The notes below the pieces were generated by a model that saw only the letters and a program-made list of their open reading frames with translations, had not been told where the DNA came from and did no database searches. Below, piece after piece: positions 1 through 13,306 of a stretch of 64,000 nucleotides of DNA. Position 1 is the stretch's first letter. Each line of letters starts with the position of its first letter. This DNA comes from Octopus sinensis (Eukaryota), in contig NC_042997.1 in assembly GCF_006345805.1 (NCBI RefSeq), positions 46,562,001-46,626,000 of the forward strand, written 5' to 3'. The position numbers and the translations under genes are program-made.

Positions 1-434
1 AACTGTCTGCACTGACTCAGAACATTTTTTGAGATGGACGTGTTTTACCTGTCCAGGAAATTTTATCTGCAGTGCAGCTGAGCCACAGTGTTATCAACTT
101 CCTTCTTTTGGTTCTCATATATATATATATATATATATATGGATTGTTATTTAAATTTTAAAATCACCGACGATAAGTAACCAGTATTTTACAGTCCAAG
201 TGTTTGACTGTATATAAGAATCCAGTGCCAATACATAAAAGTAGGAGTTGAAGTTATAATCTCTGAAGATTTAACAATATAACTGAGTTATATAATTCAC
301 ACTATATAACCTCTACGCATTTTAGTTTCAATATAAGCAAACACTTCCCTTTCTTTTCTCTCTTTTTTGTGTTTGCGTGAATGTATATGTATATATATAT
401 GTGTGTGTATGTGTGTGCATGTGTGTATATATAT

Positions 435-500
<66 letters not shown>

Positions 501-557
501 TATATATATATATAATATATATATATATACATATAGATGTATGTATATATATATGTG

Positions 558-628
<71 letters not shown>

Positions 629-3260
629 CATGCTTACACACACGAACGTATTTACATATATGCACTTAGATATATACACACGTATTATAGATTGAAATTA
701 TTATTTAAAACGAGAATGTAGCTCGTCTCGCTGATTCTGTCCGCTAGTTATTATTGTTGTATTAACAAACTGCAACTACTGCTGCTGTCTGACCATTTTC
801 CATTGTAAGTATCAGCAAAACCCTAAAGCAGTCTTCGAGGTGGTTACAAAAGCAAAGTTTTATTATGCACTTCGAAGGTTTTTGAGCATCTGCAGCAACC
901 CCGTTGACATAATTTGAATAAGGAAAATTACATTGTGCAACGTTGTGTGAAAATAAAACTTGTAAATGTGCATATGTATATTTTCTATGTCCCACTACAC
1001 AGCACTATATGCATAACAAAAGACTACATACTGTGATTTAATACCAACATTGCAGCATCGATTTGCTAAGAGAATCAGAAAGTGTGCAAGGGGAGGAGAG
1101 CGAGATGAAGGAAGGGAGAGCGCTAGTCAAAAGAAAAGAGCGACTCAGAAGAGTGAGAGAAAGAGAGAGAGAGGGAGAGACAGAAAATGGAAACTGAGAC
1201 AGAGGAATAAAAAATATCAGTGGAATAAAGAAGAAGGAAAAAGAAAAGAAAAATTTAAAGCCAGGGAGGCAGAGATATAAAGCGAGGTATATGACTAGAA
1301 AGAAACTTTTGAAGATAGATATTGAGAGGTAGCGTATAATAATAGGAGGAAAAAAGAGAGAGGGGAGAGACAGACAGACAGACGAACACAGACAGATACA
1401 CTGACAAACTGACGAACTAACAGAAAACTGACGCAAATACACAAAAGGTAGATACAGAGGTCTGCTGATTTAACAGATTTAAATAGTATAAAGCGAAGAC
1501 CGCGGAAACAAATCTGATGTGACCTAATTTTTCTACACATTCTTAGACAAGGCAATGTCGAGCAGCCTCTCGCTTGAATGGTGACAAATTTGTATCCTAT
1601 CACTAGTGATAAAGCGTGTTGGGGCATGGACACGATATTTCGTTCTTTTTCAGTAGCTTCACAGAACTACAAACTTTACAAACAGAAAATATGAATGCCA
1701 TTTCGTCTAATCTAATTCACACAATGGTTACAATGTTAGGATGTTGGGCTGTATATGTTTCAGTTCCTCTGAGCTCTGAGTTCAACTTCCTTTGAGACCA
1801 GCTCTAACTTACATCCTTTCGAGATTCATAAATTAAGTCTCAATATAGTGGGGGTACACCGTGGATTTCATTGATAGTCAACATGTTCTGAACCTAGAAA
1901 TTTAAATTCTGTTGATTTTCAGGGATAACCAGAATTGATTACAAAAAAGCTGCAATGGGTTACAGAAAGGAGCGGCTGTCTCCTGCAGCAATCTAACAAT
2001 GGCATTGACAACGGTGCTCTCTGTGCACTTTTAATATGTATTGAAAATGTTCCATCCCCATTTTTTTTAATTAATAATTACACTGTCATGTTATCGACGA
2101 GTATTTTGTGATTTGCTTATCCAGCAGCCCAGGCAAAGCAGATACATACGTACACAAACACACACACATGTATACACACATATATATACATATACACACA
2201 TACATATGTGTGCATGTGTGTGTATGTATGTGTGTATGTGTATATGTATATGTGTATGTATATATAATTGCTGTGTGGATGTATAATGAACTAAAAAATC
2301 ACTCTTTCGAAAACATCTAGAATTTCATTAAAAAAAAGTTAACCACAACCATACTGCTATTCTTTAATGAACAGAAAAGAGTAAGGCCCGGAAATGCAAT
2401 TATAATTTGCATTGAAGTAAGTAAAAAAACATTTGGTTTTTCAAGTAAAACATTGACTAATTTAAATACAAGAAATCTTTTCTCTTCTTTTTCCTTCCCC
2501 ATACAAAGGTCACACCTCTTTACCCCCCTCCTCCTCAAAATACTTTTCCTTCTTTCCTCTCTCTTGCTAGGCAAAACCCTAGAAAATTCTTTATATATAT
2601 AAAAAGGCCAAGAAATCTAAATTTAAACCATTCTTTCATCCAACGATTTTTCTAGCCCTTGTAATAGAAATTATTATTTGTAGCAGATTACGTTTCGAGA
2701 CACATTGTTAATAAAGACTTATTTACTTAGTTCTCGAATTTTCTTCATTGGAGGTCTAAATAAAGATACACATACACACGTATGTGCATATATGCATATA
2801 TATGCATATGCACATATGTATATGCACATGAATTTATATAAAGAAAATATGTATATACATATATATATATATATATACCTACATATATAGACGCATACAA
2901 ATACACACGAATGTGCGCGCACGCGTTCACAAACACACACATACACACATATACTTGGAATGGATACAATATTTATACAGTATCGGTTCTCAGGAGGCGA
3001 AGTCATCACAAGTCACTGGTGCCTGACGATAGTCTAATACCACTTGAAGCGGCGTTCAGCGTGTTAAAATTTCGTGTTATACTCTATGTATGTATGTATC
3101 TATGTATATATTATGTATGTATATATCTACCTACATATATACATGTATGTATATATATATATGCATATATATATATGTATATATACACACACATATAGAT
3201 ATACACATGTATATATACATATATACATACATATATATATACATATATATATATACAGCC

Positions 3261-3537
3261 TTACGTGATACTCACGGAACTAGGTTTCTGGATGTTATCC
3301 ATCCTCAGTGTGAGACAATCACCAGCTAGTAACGAAAGCTATCTCCACTCGCAAATACTATATATCTTTTAGGCGACACACAGTCGCTGATCTCGTAACG
3401 AGAAAAACAACACGTTTTAAATCTCTGAGCGAGATCGTGTGTCCCTGAAAGAATATATAGTATTTGCGAGTTGAGATAGATTTTGTCACTAGAGGACGGA
3501 TAAAAGTCAGAAACCTAAGTCTATGAGTATCACGTAA
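3261..3537. mobile_element. Short inverted-repeat element with a hammerhead in each arm
   Basis: Arms about 3261-3320 and 3478-3537 are diverged reverse complements. The right arm carries a decayed + strand hammerhead at 3485-3527 (CTAGAGGA...GAA-ACCTAAGT-C/TATGAG). Confidence 0.7.
3271..3314 (-). ncRNA. Type I hammerhead ribozyme motif, lightly decayed
   Basis: Minus strand reads CTCACA-CTGAGGA-TGGAT(AAC)ATCCA-GAA-ACCTAGTT-C/CGTGAG. Core intact, 5-bp stem II perfect; one stem I mismatch and one change from the palindrome ACCTAGGT. Confidence 0.8.
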
Positions 3538-4413
3538 ACCTGTGTGTCGTTAGCCAGCTGACAAAGATGTTTTCCTGGGTCTAAAACAAAAATAACATCG
3601 ACCTTTAAAGGACTGCCACGTTATGTCGGCATATAAACATTACTATCCTGTACTGTTACTGTATCATACTCGCTCAGAGTTTAAGACACTCACACACACA
3701 CATATTACACACACACACACATACACACACACACAAATATATATATATACTTATATATATATATAATAATATATATATATATATTATATATATTATATAT
3801 ATATATACATATACATATACATACATACATATATATTTTATATATAAATATATATATATATATATATTATATATTTATATATAATTATGTATATATATAC
3901 ACACAAACGCATTCAGACTCAGACACACACATACATACGCATGCACACACATATATTTTAGAAACAGTCAAATATTCTGAAATAATTTTGATTTTTAAAA
4001 GTTTGCTATTGACCTGATGATTTTTAACGTCAAATCAAGAGTTTGTTATGACATACACTTTAATGTTGGAAACAATCAATTCAACGGTCGTCGGTACCTT
4101 AGTGATACTAATTTTATCGCTCTCGACTACTGATCTGTGCCAACATGCATTCAGCTGCCAAGGCAGAACGGAAGTTCTTTCTCCCGAAACTCTTCTAACA
4201 ACTTCTAAGGCGAATAATTTTCAACTGCCTTTCGCGTTGGATGAGCAGAATTAGACCAATGTGAAACCGTAGAGCCTAGTATTAAGTGTGTTAAACACCA
4301 CAAAATGTACCGACCATCAACAGAGTGTATGCAATAACATGTGCAAGTAAACATGAAAATCACAAAAATTGTAGATGAGGAAGGACGATTTGCCTTGTTA
4401 CTGATGATGATGT

Positions 4414-4450
<37 letters not shown>

Positions 4451-5057
4451 ATTGACGATGATGATGATGATGGTGATGCTGTTGAGGATGATGACATTGA
4501 AGATAAAGACGATGTTGATGAGAATGAAGATTGATGAGAATGAAGATATCGGTGATAATAGAGATTATATAAAGATATGATAATATAGGCCTATTTCTGG
4601 AAGAGAAGCGATACATATAGTTGATTACATTGACTTCACTGATGACGAATCTTCCATCAGTTTCGACGATGCTTGATTAGTTGTTCGACCAACTGACCAA
4701 TCTGTTCGTTGAATTGACTTGCAAATGGCTTTGTACAGAGTCTTTTGCAGAGTTTTTGCAGACACAACTCCGCTTAAAATAAGTAAATCTCAAGCCGTAT
4801 CAGTGAGACACAATATATTATGAAACACCGGCCAATAAGATTTACATCTTTTTTGACGGGCTTCGATAGAGTTTGCATAAATCTTCTTTCATTCAATATC
4901 TAACATAGTTTGACTCGAAACTGGATTATGATTTTTTAAAAAACAAACACACTTGCTCAAGATCTCTTAGTCATAGATTGAACCCGAGACCACGTCATGA
5001 AAAGCAAGTTTCTTAATCTCGCTGTCATGCCTCAATCCAGTCCGACGCCAGTTTATA

Positions 5058-5279
5058 CAGTAATCCCTCGCCATATCGCGGTTCACATATCGCGGTTTAT
5101 TATTTAAGCTGACGTCGATTCCTACGTGGTGTTGTTTTGTATTAATAATAAAATAAACATATATAAATTATAAAAGTAATAAAAAAATATACAGTACACT
5201 ACTGTTTCTACGTCGAGGATTTTCACCTATCACCGGGGTAGTTTGGAAATTAACACCTGCGATAGTCGAGAGATTACTT
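5058..5279. mobile_element. pogo/Tigger-like MITE
   Basis: TA|CAGTAATCCCTCG...ATCGCG at left and GCGATAGTCGAGAGATTACTT|TA at right; degenerate TIRs flanked by TA. Confidence 0.75.
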
Positions 5280-5380
5280 TATTCTTAAAATGTATTTTGA
5301 AAGGTAAAAAAAAAACTATTACCCCAAATCCTCTATATCTATATGTGTGTATATGTGTGGAATATGCATACCTCTATATA

Positions 5381-5796
5381 TTCTTTTACTCTTTTACTTG
5401 TTTCAGTCATTTGCCTGCGGCCATGCTGGAGCACCACCTTTAGTCGAAAAAATCTTCCCCAGGACTTATACTTTGTAAGCCTAGTATTTATTCTATCGGT
5501 CGCTTTTGACGAGCCGCTAATGTTACGGGAACGTAAACACACGAACATCCGTTGTCAAGCGATGGTGGTGGTGCTGGTGGGAGGTCAAACACAGACACAC
5601 AAGCATATACACAGACACAGACACACACACACACATATATATAAATATGACGGGCTTCTTTCAGTTTTCATCGATCAGATCCACTCCCAAGGCTTTGGTC
5701 AGCCTGAGACTATAGTAGAAGACACTTGCCATAGGAACCATGTGGTTGGGAACCCAGAACCATGTGGTTGGAAAGCAAGCTTCTTACGACACCGCC
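5381..5796 (-). mobile_element. tRNA-derived SINE (family 1), diverged near-full copy
   Basis: Matches the other copies: (CTTTTA)n tail, CAGTCATTTG.CTGCGGCCATGCTGGAGCACC, internal (CA)n/(TA)n, GAAGACACTTGCC, head remnant. Confidence 0.85.
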
Positions 5797-6355
5797 AAAA
5801 TATTACGACAAAGCAATAATTTAACACATCTTTAATGACCAATTACAATTGTTTCTGTCCAAACTTTGCTTGCAACACAAGATTTTGCTATATTCAGAGT
5901 GAAAATTTATGAGAGAGAGAGAGAGAGAGGATGGAGCATGCATCTAAGTAGCCGTAAAAGTAGAAGCAGCGGTAGTAGTACTAGTAGTAGTAGTAAGAGA
6001 AGGAGGAGGCACATGCTGTAATAGCGCGTCGCTGTATCCAACTTTTGTTGGTGTATGCCTACTTTTGGCTGGTTATAAGCTCGTTTCCACTCTGGCAAGA
6101 ACCCTCCATTAAACGGATCGGTCTGGGTACTCGTTGCTGGCCAGGGAGGGCTTTACGAGGTCGGAGAACATCCTGCCTCAATGTGTTTTAGTCACCTTTT
6201 AAAAGGTGCAGAGGAAACGTTGGGTAAATACTTTGAAATGCCGTTGCCCACGATGCGCCTGGACAGCGTGAAACGAAGTTTTATGCTCAAGTCAAGAGCA
6301 CAATAAGCCGCTCGGTTCTGGAATTGAACCTATTGCGGGTAAATATATATATATA

Positions 6356-6404
<49 letters not shown>

Positions 6405-6907
6405 TAGAAATATTAAATTTCTAAATGTCTCAGAGAGACATGAGCGGTGGTGGAGCGATATAGTGGTCGAATCCTGTCAACTCAATGTGACAGTCCCGTA
6501 AGGGAATTACACTACCGCCATTTGGCCCTAGGAAACATCGACGTCTCCTGTCGGCTTTGACACATTTCCTGTGTCCTTATATTTGCAAAGGGGGAGGCAA
6601 TGACTCCCGCCAGCTGGGACTAAGCACCTGAAGACATACGTATGTATGCATGTATATATGCATGTATGTATGTATGTAAGTATGTATGTGTGTATGTGCG
6701 TGTGTGTAAATATATACATACATATATGTATATACATATATATATCTATATGTATACATGTGTGAGTGCTCGCGCGCGCGTGTGTTTGTATATATATATG
6801 TATATATATATATATATATATAGGTAAACTAAAATGGATCTCTAGGCGATTTGGAACTCCGAACGTCGAGGGAAAATGAAATTAAATAAGTAAGGCATTA
6901 AACATAC

Positions 6908-7185
6908 CGCACATAGATAGGTGTTTTACTGGGCCACCACTTAGCTGATAATGATGATGATGTTGTTGTTGACAATGATGTTGATGACTGTGATGATGAT
7001 GATGATGATGATTGATGATGATGATGATAGCAGAGGACGGTGTTGACGGCAGAGTTGTTGCTGACAGGAAGGGCGGCGGGAGTGGCATAGGCAGTGACTG
7101 CAGTGATCATGAAGATAAATCCCATGAGAGTGACGTAAATTCTGGTTGCACTTGGCAACTCTCGTCCAATTATTAACAATATCAT
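6908..7185 (-). CDS. Candidate first coding exon of a secreted or membrane protein
   Basis: MILLIIGRELPSATRIYVTLMGFIFMITAVTAYA|TPAALP... is signal-peptide-like, followed by an S/T-rich tract and KWWPSKTPIYVR, ending at a CG|GTATGT donor (intron starts 6907). No family recognised. Confidence 0.4.
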
Positions 7186-8027
7186 GCCATTTAAAGATAA
7201 ATCGTCTTGACTCGTTTACTGCTGTCACTTTTATTGTTGTTAATCTTGTCGCTGTCGCTGAACTTGCAGTTGCTTTTCCCGCCGCTGCTGCTGCCTCTTT
7301 TGTTGTTGTTATCCTTGTTGTTGTTGCTGCTGCAGCTTTTAATGTTGTTTAACGAAAACTAACTCAAAAGAAACAAACTTATATTCAAGAAACATTCCAG
7401 CCGTGACTCTCCTTTCGTTTTATTTCAGCAGTGTTTGAAAGAGATTTAGTTGCTATTTCTAGCAAGTCGAATGACAACATTAGTGGTTGTTGCAGTTTCT
7501 CCTGCTGCATCTGTTGCTATTGTTTGTAGGTGTTGCAGTTGCTAATCTTAGGACGATTCTAGATGTTGCTGCTGCTGCTGCTGCCGCTATCACTGTATTG
7601 TTTATTATTGATGTATAACCCAAGTTTAACATTGGTCGAGCTGACCTATATTCAAAGACATACCAACCGTGGCATACACCGAACACAAGGACAACGCTAT
7701 TGGATAGGGGATTTTCCGGGACGGTGAGGGATGCGATTCCAGAAAATTTCTACCATATCGAGAAGCTAACATTTTGCAGTTATTAAACTTTATATATGCA
7801 TGTATATATGTATGTATGTATGTATGTATGAATGTATGTATATATATGCACACACACATTTACATATACATAATACACACACACACACATATATATATAT
7901 ATAATTACATATGTATATATCTATAACTATATATCTATGTATTTACCTACCTACCTACCTACCTATCTATCTATCTATCTATCTATCAATCTATCCATCT
8001 ATCTATCTATCTATCTATCTATCTATA

Positions 8028-8064
<37 letters not shown>

Positions 8065-8366
8065 CTGTCTATCTATCTAGGGAAGAATGCGTATTTATTT
8101 ATACAAATATATGCACCATATTATATACATATATATTTATATATTATAAGTATATGTATGCGTATGTGTGTGTGTTTGTTGTGTGCATTAATAGAATGTA
8201 ACGTAGTCTACAAGCCTAGAGTAATTTAAATATGCAAGGCTGGAGGCGAATTGGCAGAGTTATTAGAAGGCCAGATAGAATCCCTGGTCATGTCTGCTAG
8301 GGTTCTCTGTGATCAGAATTGAAATTCCGTCCAGAACAAATTTACTCTTCATTATCACAAGGACAA

Positions 8367-8745
8367 TCTTTATATATAAAAGTAAGGTTGATTTAGATTC
8401 CTAACTACTCCCACATTTTGCGGTGCAGTTTAACCAAAACCGGGTATCTTATAGTCGTGATTCATATCGAGCCCTTCTGGGTATTAGCGCGCGTCTACGA
8501 TGTGTCTACGATTAAAAAAAAAAATTACCTTCATTTTTTTCCATTTTAATGCATTTTTTTCGCTGTTATATAAGGGAAGTAACTCTCTAAAAATGTCTAC
8601 GATGAGTCAACGATTTAAAAAAAATTTACCATAATTTTTTTTCCATTTTAATGCATTTTTTGCTATTTTTTGGCTATAACTCTCTAAAAATGCTTATATA
8701 GTTATTTCCCTTACAAACTCGAGCAACACCGGGCGATACTGCTAG
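8367..8745 (+). mobile_element. Non-autonomous Helitron
   Basis: A|TC start (TCTTTATATATAAAA), CTAG|T end, subterminal hairpin CTCG-AGCAACAC-CGGG, no TSD, internal direct duplication. Confidence 0.85.
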
Positions 8746-9094
8746 TAAATAATAAAATAGTACGGGACCATTTTATTCGAACTAACCCTGATTCAGAATC
8801 GGATGTTGAAAGCCAATCAATGTCCTTTTCGCTCATGTCTTGTGCGGTAGCTATCCACTCTTATTTAAAGTATATCTCAACGATATACTAACAGTGTAAT
8901 AGCACTATGTGAGTTCACGGAACGCGGGTTATATATATGATCAAACATTGATGGTTTCAGGGAGATGAAATGTGATGACAATGAGCAAGACAAAAACTCA
9001 ATCTCAGAGCCACCCTTTTCCGTTAACATACATATAAAAATTTCTACACACTCACACAAAAAACAAGCTCTCACACAAACATATATATAAAGTA

Positions 9095-9238
9095 ATAATA
9101 AAAATAATGATGATGATGATGATGATATAAATAATAATAATAATAATAATAATACAATAATAATAATAATAATAATAATAAAAATAATAATAATAATAAT
9201 ATAATAATAATAATAATATAATAATAATAATAATAATA

Positions 9239-9269
<31 letters not shown>

Positions 9270-9272
9270 TAA
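9095..9272. repeat. (AAT)n/(GAT)n microsatellite
   Basis: Direct reading; explains ORFs 8877..9290 and 9052..9312. Confidence 0.95.
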
Positions 9273-9724
9273 AATAATAGATAATAACACGTGATAATAA
9301 AAGGTAAAACAAAAGAATGAGACCTCAATATTAGAATAATAGAAGATTATTTATATATGTTATAATTTAGAACAAACATCATCATCATCATCATTGTTCG
9401 ACCGTGGTCGAGACTTTCATAGTCTTTTCAAATGGCTAATAATGTGTGCGCGCACCACTACTACACACATTGGAAAGCATTGTACAACCAAGTACTAAAG
9501 AAGATCTTTCCTCCTCCATGAAACAAAGCTGTTCCCGCTGGACGTCAACCCAGTATTTCTAAGCTACGGACCCAGTGATTTATTGTAAGGTTATCTCCCT
9601 AGATAGATTGTCCTCACTACGGCTAAGGAGCCCTTTCTACCCCAGTAAGAAACAGTAAAAGGTTGTCATTATATATATATTATATATATATAACCAAGAA
9701 AAGGCAACAATAATGGATTAGTAG

Positions 9725-9813
9725 TTTAGTACAATTGTTTCATACCGAGAACAATTTTATTTAAAGCTGCAAGTATTGCAGCTAATACAAATGTCCAGTA
9801 CTCATCATCTAAA
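9725..9813 (-). ncRNA. Type I hammerhead motif, left arm (C3A core mutation)
   Basis: TTTAG-ATGATGA-GTAC...GTAT-GAA-ACAATTGT-A/CTAAA. Confidence 0.7.
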
Positions 9814-10176
9814 TCACATATATGTTTTCCAGACATCATAGAGAGTGTGTCTATCCTCATGAAGTATTAGGAGTGAGTTCTATGAAATTTAAAGTCAAAT
9901 TATAAGCAGACTAAATTGCTTTCCATGTTGTGAAATGAACCGCTATGTGATCAACAGCTTTCCTCATGTCTCCGGAAATTATATCTGCATTTTTATGGAT
10001 GGATCCACCTTCTCTGGGAAGTTAACAATCTTTTTAAAAACTTTTTATAAAACTGTGCATCATTAGAAAGCAATTTGAGTCTGCTTATAATTTGACTTTA
10101 AATTTCATAGAACTCACTCCTAATACTTCATGAGGATAGACACACTCTCTAGGATGTCTGGAAAACATATATGTGA

Positions 10177-10265
10177 TTTAGCTGATGAATACTGGACATT
10201 TGTATTTGCTGCAATACTTGCAGCTTTAAATTAAAATTGTTCTTGTATGAAACCATTGTACTAAA
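10177..10265 (+). ncRNA. Type I hammerhead motif with extended stem II
   Basis: TTTAG-CTGATGA-ATAC...(GCTGCAA-TAC-TTGCAGC)...GTAT-GAA-ACCATTGT-A/CTAAA; predicted cleavage after 10260. Confidence 0.85.
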
Positions 10266-10628
10266 CTACTAATCCATTCTTGTTGCTTTTTTCTTGGTAT
10301 ATCACCCCACATTTTTTATGGTTAATAGCATAAAGAATTCTGGTGCATCTAAGTTAAGTACCATATTCATTTGAATTTATTGGAATTCACTTGAATCTTA
10401 ATTATTTTTGCTGAAAGTATATATATATATTATATTATATAATATATATATATATATACATATATACATAAATATATAAATATAAATATATATATATTAT
10501 ATATATATACATATACTACTCACACATATATGTATATATATATATATATATTATATATATATATATATATAGTATATATATATATATATATATATATCAT
10601 ATATATATATATGTATATATATATATAT

Positions 10629-10738
<110 letters not shown>

Positions 10739-10943
10739 TATATTACATCATACACATGTATGTATGTAATATATAATCGAAGTGTACATTATTGCATATC
10801 CATTACGGCAGATATTACCGATCGATCCGCGTTAGAGATTCAACGAGTATGAATGCAATATGGCGACTACTATCTACTACTGTTCTTATTCACTCACTCT
10901 GTCTGTCTCTCTCTCTCTCTCTCTCTCACACACCACACACACA

Positions 10944-10978
<35 letters not shown>

Positions 10979-11004
10979 GGTGCTTACCAACAATATGATT
11001 CCGA

Positions 11005-11335
11005 TTTTGAGCAAGAGTCTTCTACTATAGCCTCGGGCTGAGCAAAGCCTTGTGAAACTGTAAGAAGCCTGTCGTATATATATATATATGCGTGTGTTTG
11101 TGTGTGTGTGTGTGCGTGTGTGTGTGTGTGTCTATGATGTTCTCCCATCATCGCTTGACAACCGATGTTAGTGTGTCTATATCTCAGTAACCTAGCCGTT
11201 CGGCAAGAGACGATAGAATAAGTACTAGGCGTACAAAGAATAAGAAGGGGTCAATTTGTTCGACTAAAAAGCGGTGCTCCAGCATGGCCGTAGTCAAATG
11301 ACTGAAACAAGTAAAAGAATAAAAAAATAAAAGAA
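11005..11335 (+). mobile_element. SINE family 1, 5'-truncated copy
   Basis: TATAGCCTCGGGC...GAAGCCTGTCGT, (TA/TG)n, ...GCGGTGCTCCAGCATGGCCGTAGTCAAATGACTGAAACAAGTAAAAG. Confidence 0.85.
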
Positions 11336-11580
11336 AGAATAAATATACATATGTGTGTGTTTGTGTGCATGTATGAGTATGTATGTATGTATGTATTTCA
11401 AACTATGAACATAGATATATTTAAGGATATACACACACACACACATACACACACACACATACACACGCAAAATTCAACTGCTAAAAGGCAAATACACTAC
11501 AGTTACAGTGGAGAAAAAATCTCTAATGGTAAAAAGGTGTGAAAACACCTAGTTTGTTCAGTGTCGCCATCTGTCAGGAA

Positions 11581-11625
11581 TCTCAGACATCGATGTTTCG
11601 AGTCTTTTAACTCTTGTCAATGAGA
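11581..11625 (-). ncRNA. Compact type I hammerhead, U3-A8 core variant
   Basis: TCTCA-TTGACAA-GAGT(TAAAAG)ACTC-GAA-ACATCGATGT-C/TGAGA: perfect 5-bp stem I, 4-bp stem II, 10-nt palindromic stem III, GUC triplet. Confidence 0.85.
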
Positions 11626-11810
11626 TGTACCTAAGAGAGGCAACTCTGAGCGAACAGCTTCATATATAATCCAGTCAACTCGTTGACTTGACTCATTTAC
11701 ACCAGTAGATCTCCCGATCAAGGTAAATAACGAAGAATTGGCGCAAAGCAGTGTTGAGCAGAATTTTTGTTAGTTGAAATATGTTTGTCACATATTTCAA
11801 CTGCTAAAAG

Positions 11811-11858
<48 letters not shown>

Positions 11859-13143
11859 CATATAAATATGTGTTTGTGTGTATATATATACACATGTTCA
11901 TATATACTTATATATATTTTATATATATATAAAGCATCACACAATCTCAATCCATGTCGCTTTTAGTAGAAAGCCAACAACAACAGATGCTAGAAGCGCT
12001 AATGCTGTAAATAACATAAACAATCTTAGAAAAATATCAAAATTAAGAAGACATGAAGAGAAAGGAAGTAACGAGTAAAGGGTCTTCGATAAAATATTGG
12101 AAAAGAAAAAATTGAACGAAAACGAATAAATGATGACAGTAAAGAGAAAATTAGAAATTTAAAATCGAAATTAATATTAAACACGAAAATGCACGAAGAA
12201 TAAACTCGTTAGAGGAAAGGAGAATAATAATAAAAATATTAAAAAATCACTGACATCAACGTTTTCGTAATGTTAAAAATTCCATAAAGCATGAAGTGTG
12301 AAGATGCCCTTCCTAAAAAGAAAGAAAATGACCTGAGGCCTGCAACTGATTGAAAATCAATGCCCCTTTTTCTCGAAGCGGGTTGCGAGATATTTCTCAT
12401 AGAAGAAAATATTTCAATAACACGCCTGAACAAGGTACTGGAGCTGTGCAAGTATAGAATATTTCTGTATTGGTTTACCAAATTACTGATCTCAATCCTG
12501 ATAAGGAACTGTCTTTCCATAATACAGAAAATATACACTATCATCGAAAAGCAACACTGAGCATCTATGTATGTATCTTTGTAAATATATATAGACTGTT
12601 TTCTCCCCTATCCTCACAAATTTCTTTTTCCTGCCTTTCCCTGTATCTGTCTCTCTCCCTGTCTTTCTCTTTTCTATTTTTCGTTGCTCACATGTGACCA
12701 TCGTCCATCTTTCTTTTCCTCACGTGAACATCTTTCTTTCCTGCACGGACGTTCTAATGAGTGGACACCCATCGCTCTCATTCCTATCTTTTCTCTTTTC
12801 AAAGGAAATATTTCTCGCAACGTTTACTATTTTCCCCTCGACCAGATCTAACGACCCTCCATGAATGTTTTTGTTCGGTTTCCCTGTATGTTTTACTATC
12901 CCGTTTTTCGTCCTGACTTTGACCCTCTATAAATTCCATATTTTATTTTTGATATTTATGGGAGCAACTGTCTTCGAAGACTCATATTGTCATTGCTTAC
13001 TCAAAACGGAGAGTAGATAGACGACCAACAACTGATGAAGCGTCATTCTTTGTATTACTTGTCCTATTTTTCTCTTGATATTTGTGTATTTAACTCATTT
13101 GATTTCCGTATTTCATGTTGTTTACTGTTGGCGACGTCCTGTA

Positions 13144-13189
<46 letters not shown>

Positions 13190-13244
13190 ATATATATATA
13201 AATATATTTTGTGTATATATCTATATCTAATTTCTCTCTCTCTC

Positions 13245-13306
<62 letters not shown>

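Larger units (their letters stand above)
9690..10418. mobile_element. Inverted-repeat hammerhead element (family A) with a one-sided tail
   Basis: Arms 9690-9922 and 10067-10300 are near-perfect reverse complements around a ~145-bp spacer. The tail 10301-10415 (ATCACCCC...TTCTGGTGCAT...AAGTACCATATTC...GAATCTTAATT) is shared with the copies at ~44.04, 58.15 and 58.72 kb. Confidence 0.85.

Noticed and set aside
297-665. Y/I/C/V-rich and homopolymeric ORFs throughout the ORF track
   Set aside because: They are translations of (TA)n, (CA)n, (TATC)n, (AAT)n, (GAT)n and (TTC)n microsatellites.
5343-5819. 158-aa ORF and similar ORFs at 13705, 38789, 54071 and 63192
   Set aside because: They are chance open frames through SINE copies.
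6430-6550. Structured segment ending GAA-ACATCGACGT-C
   Set aside because: It has good hairpins (GCGGTGGTG/CACTACCGC) but no recognisable core and a 13-nt spacer before GAAA.
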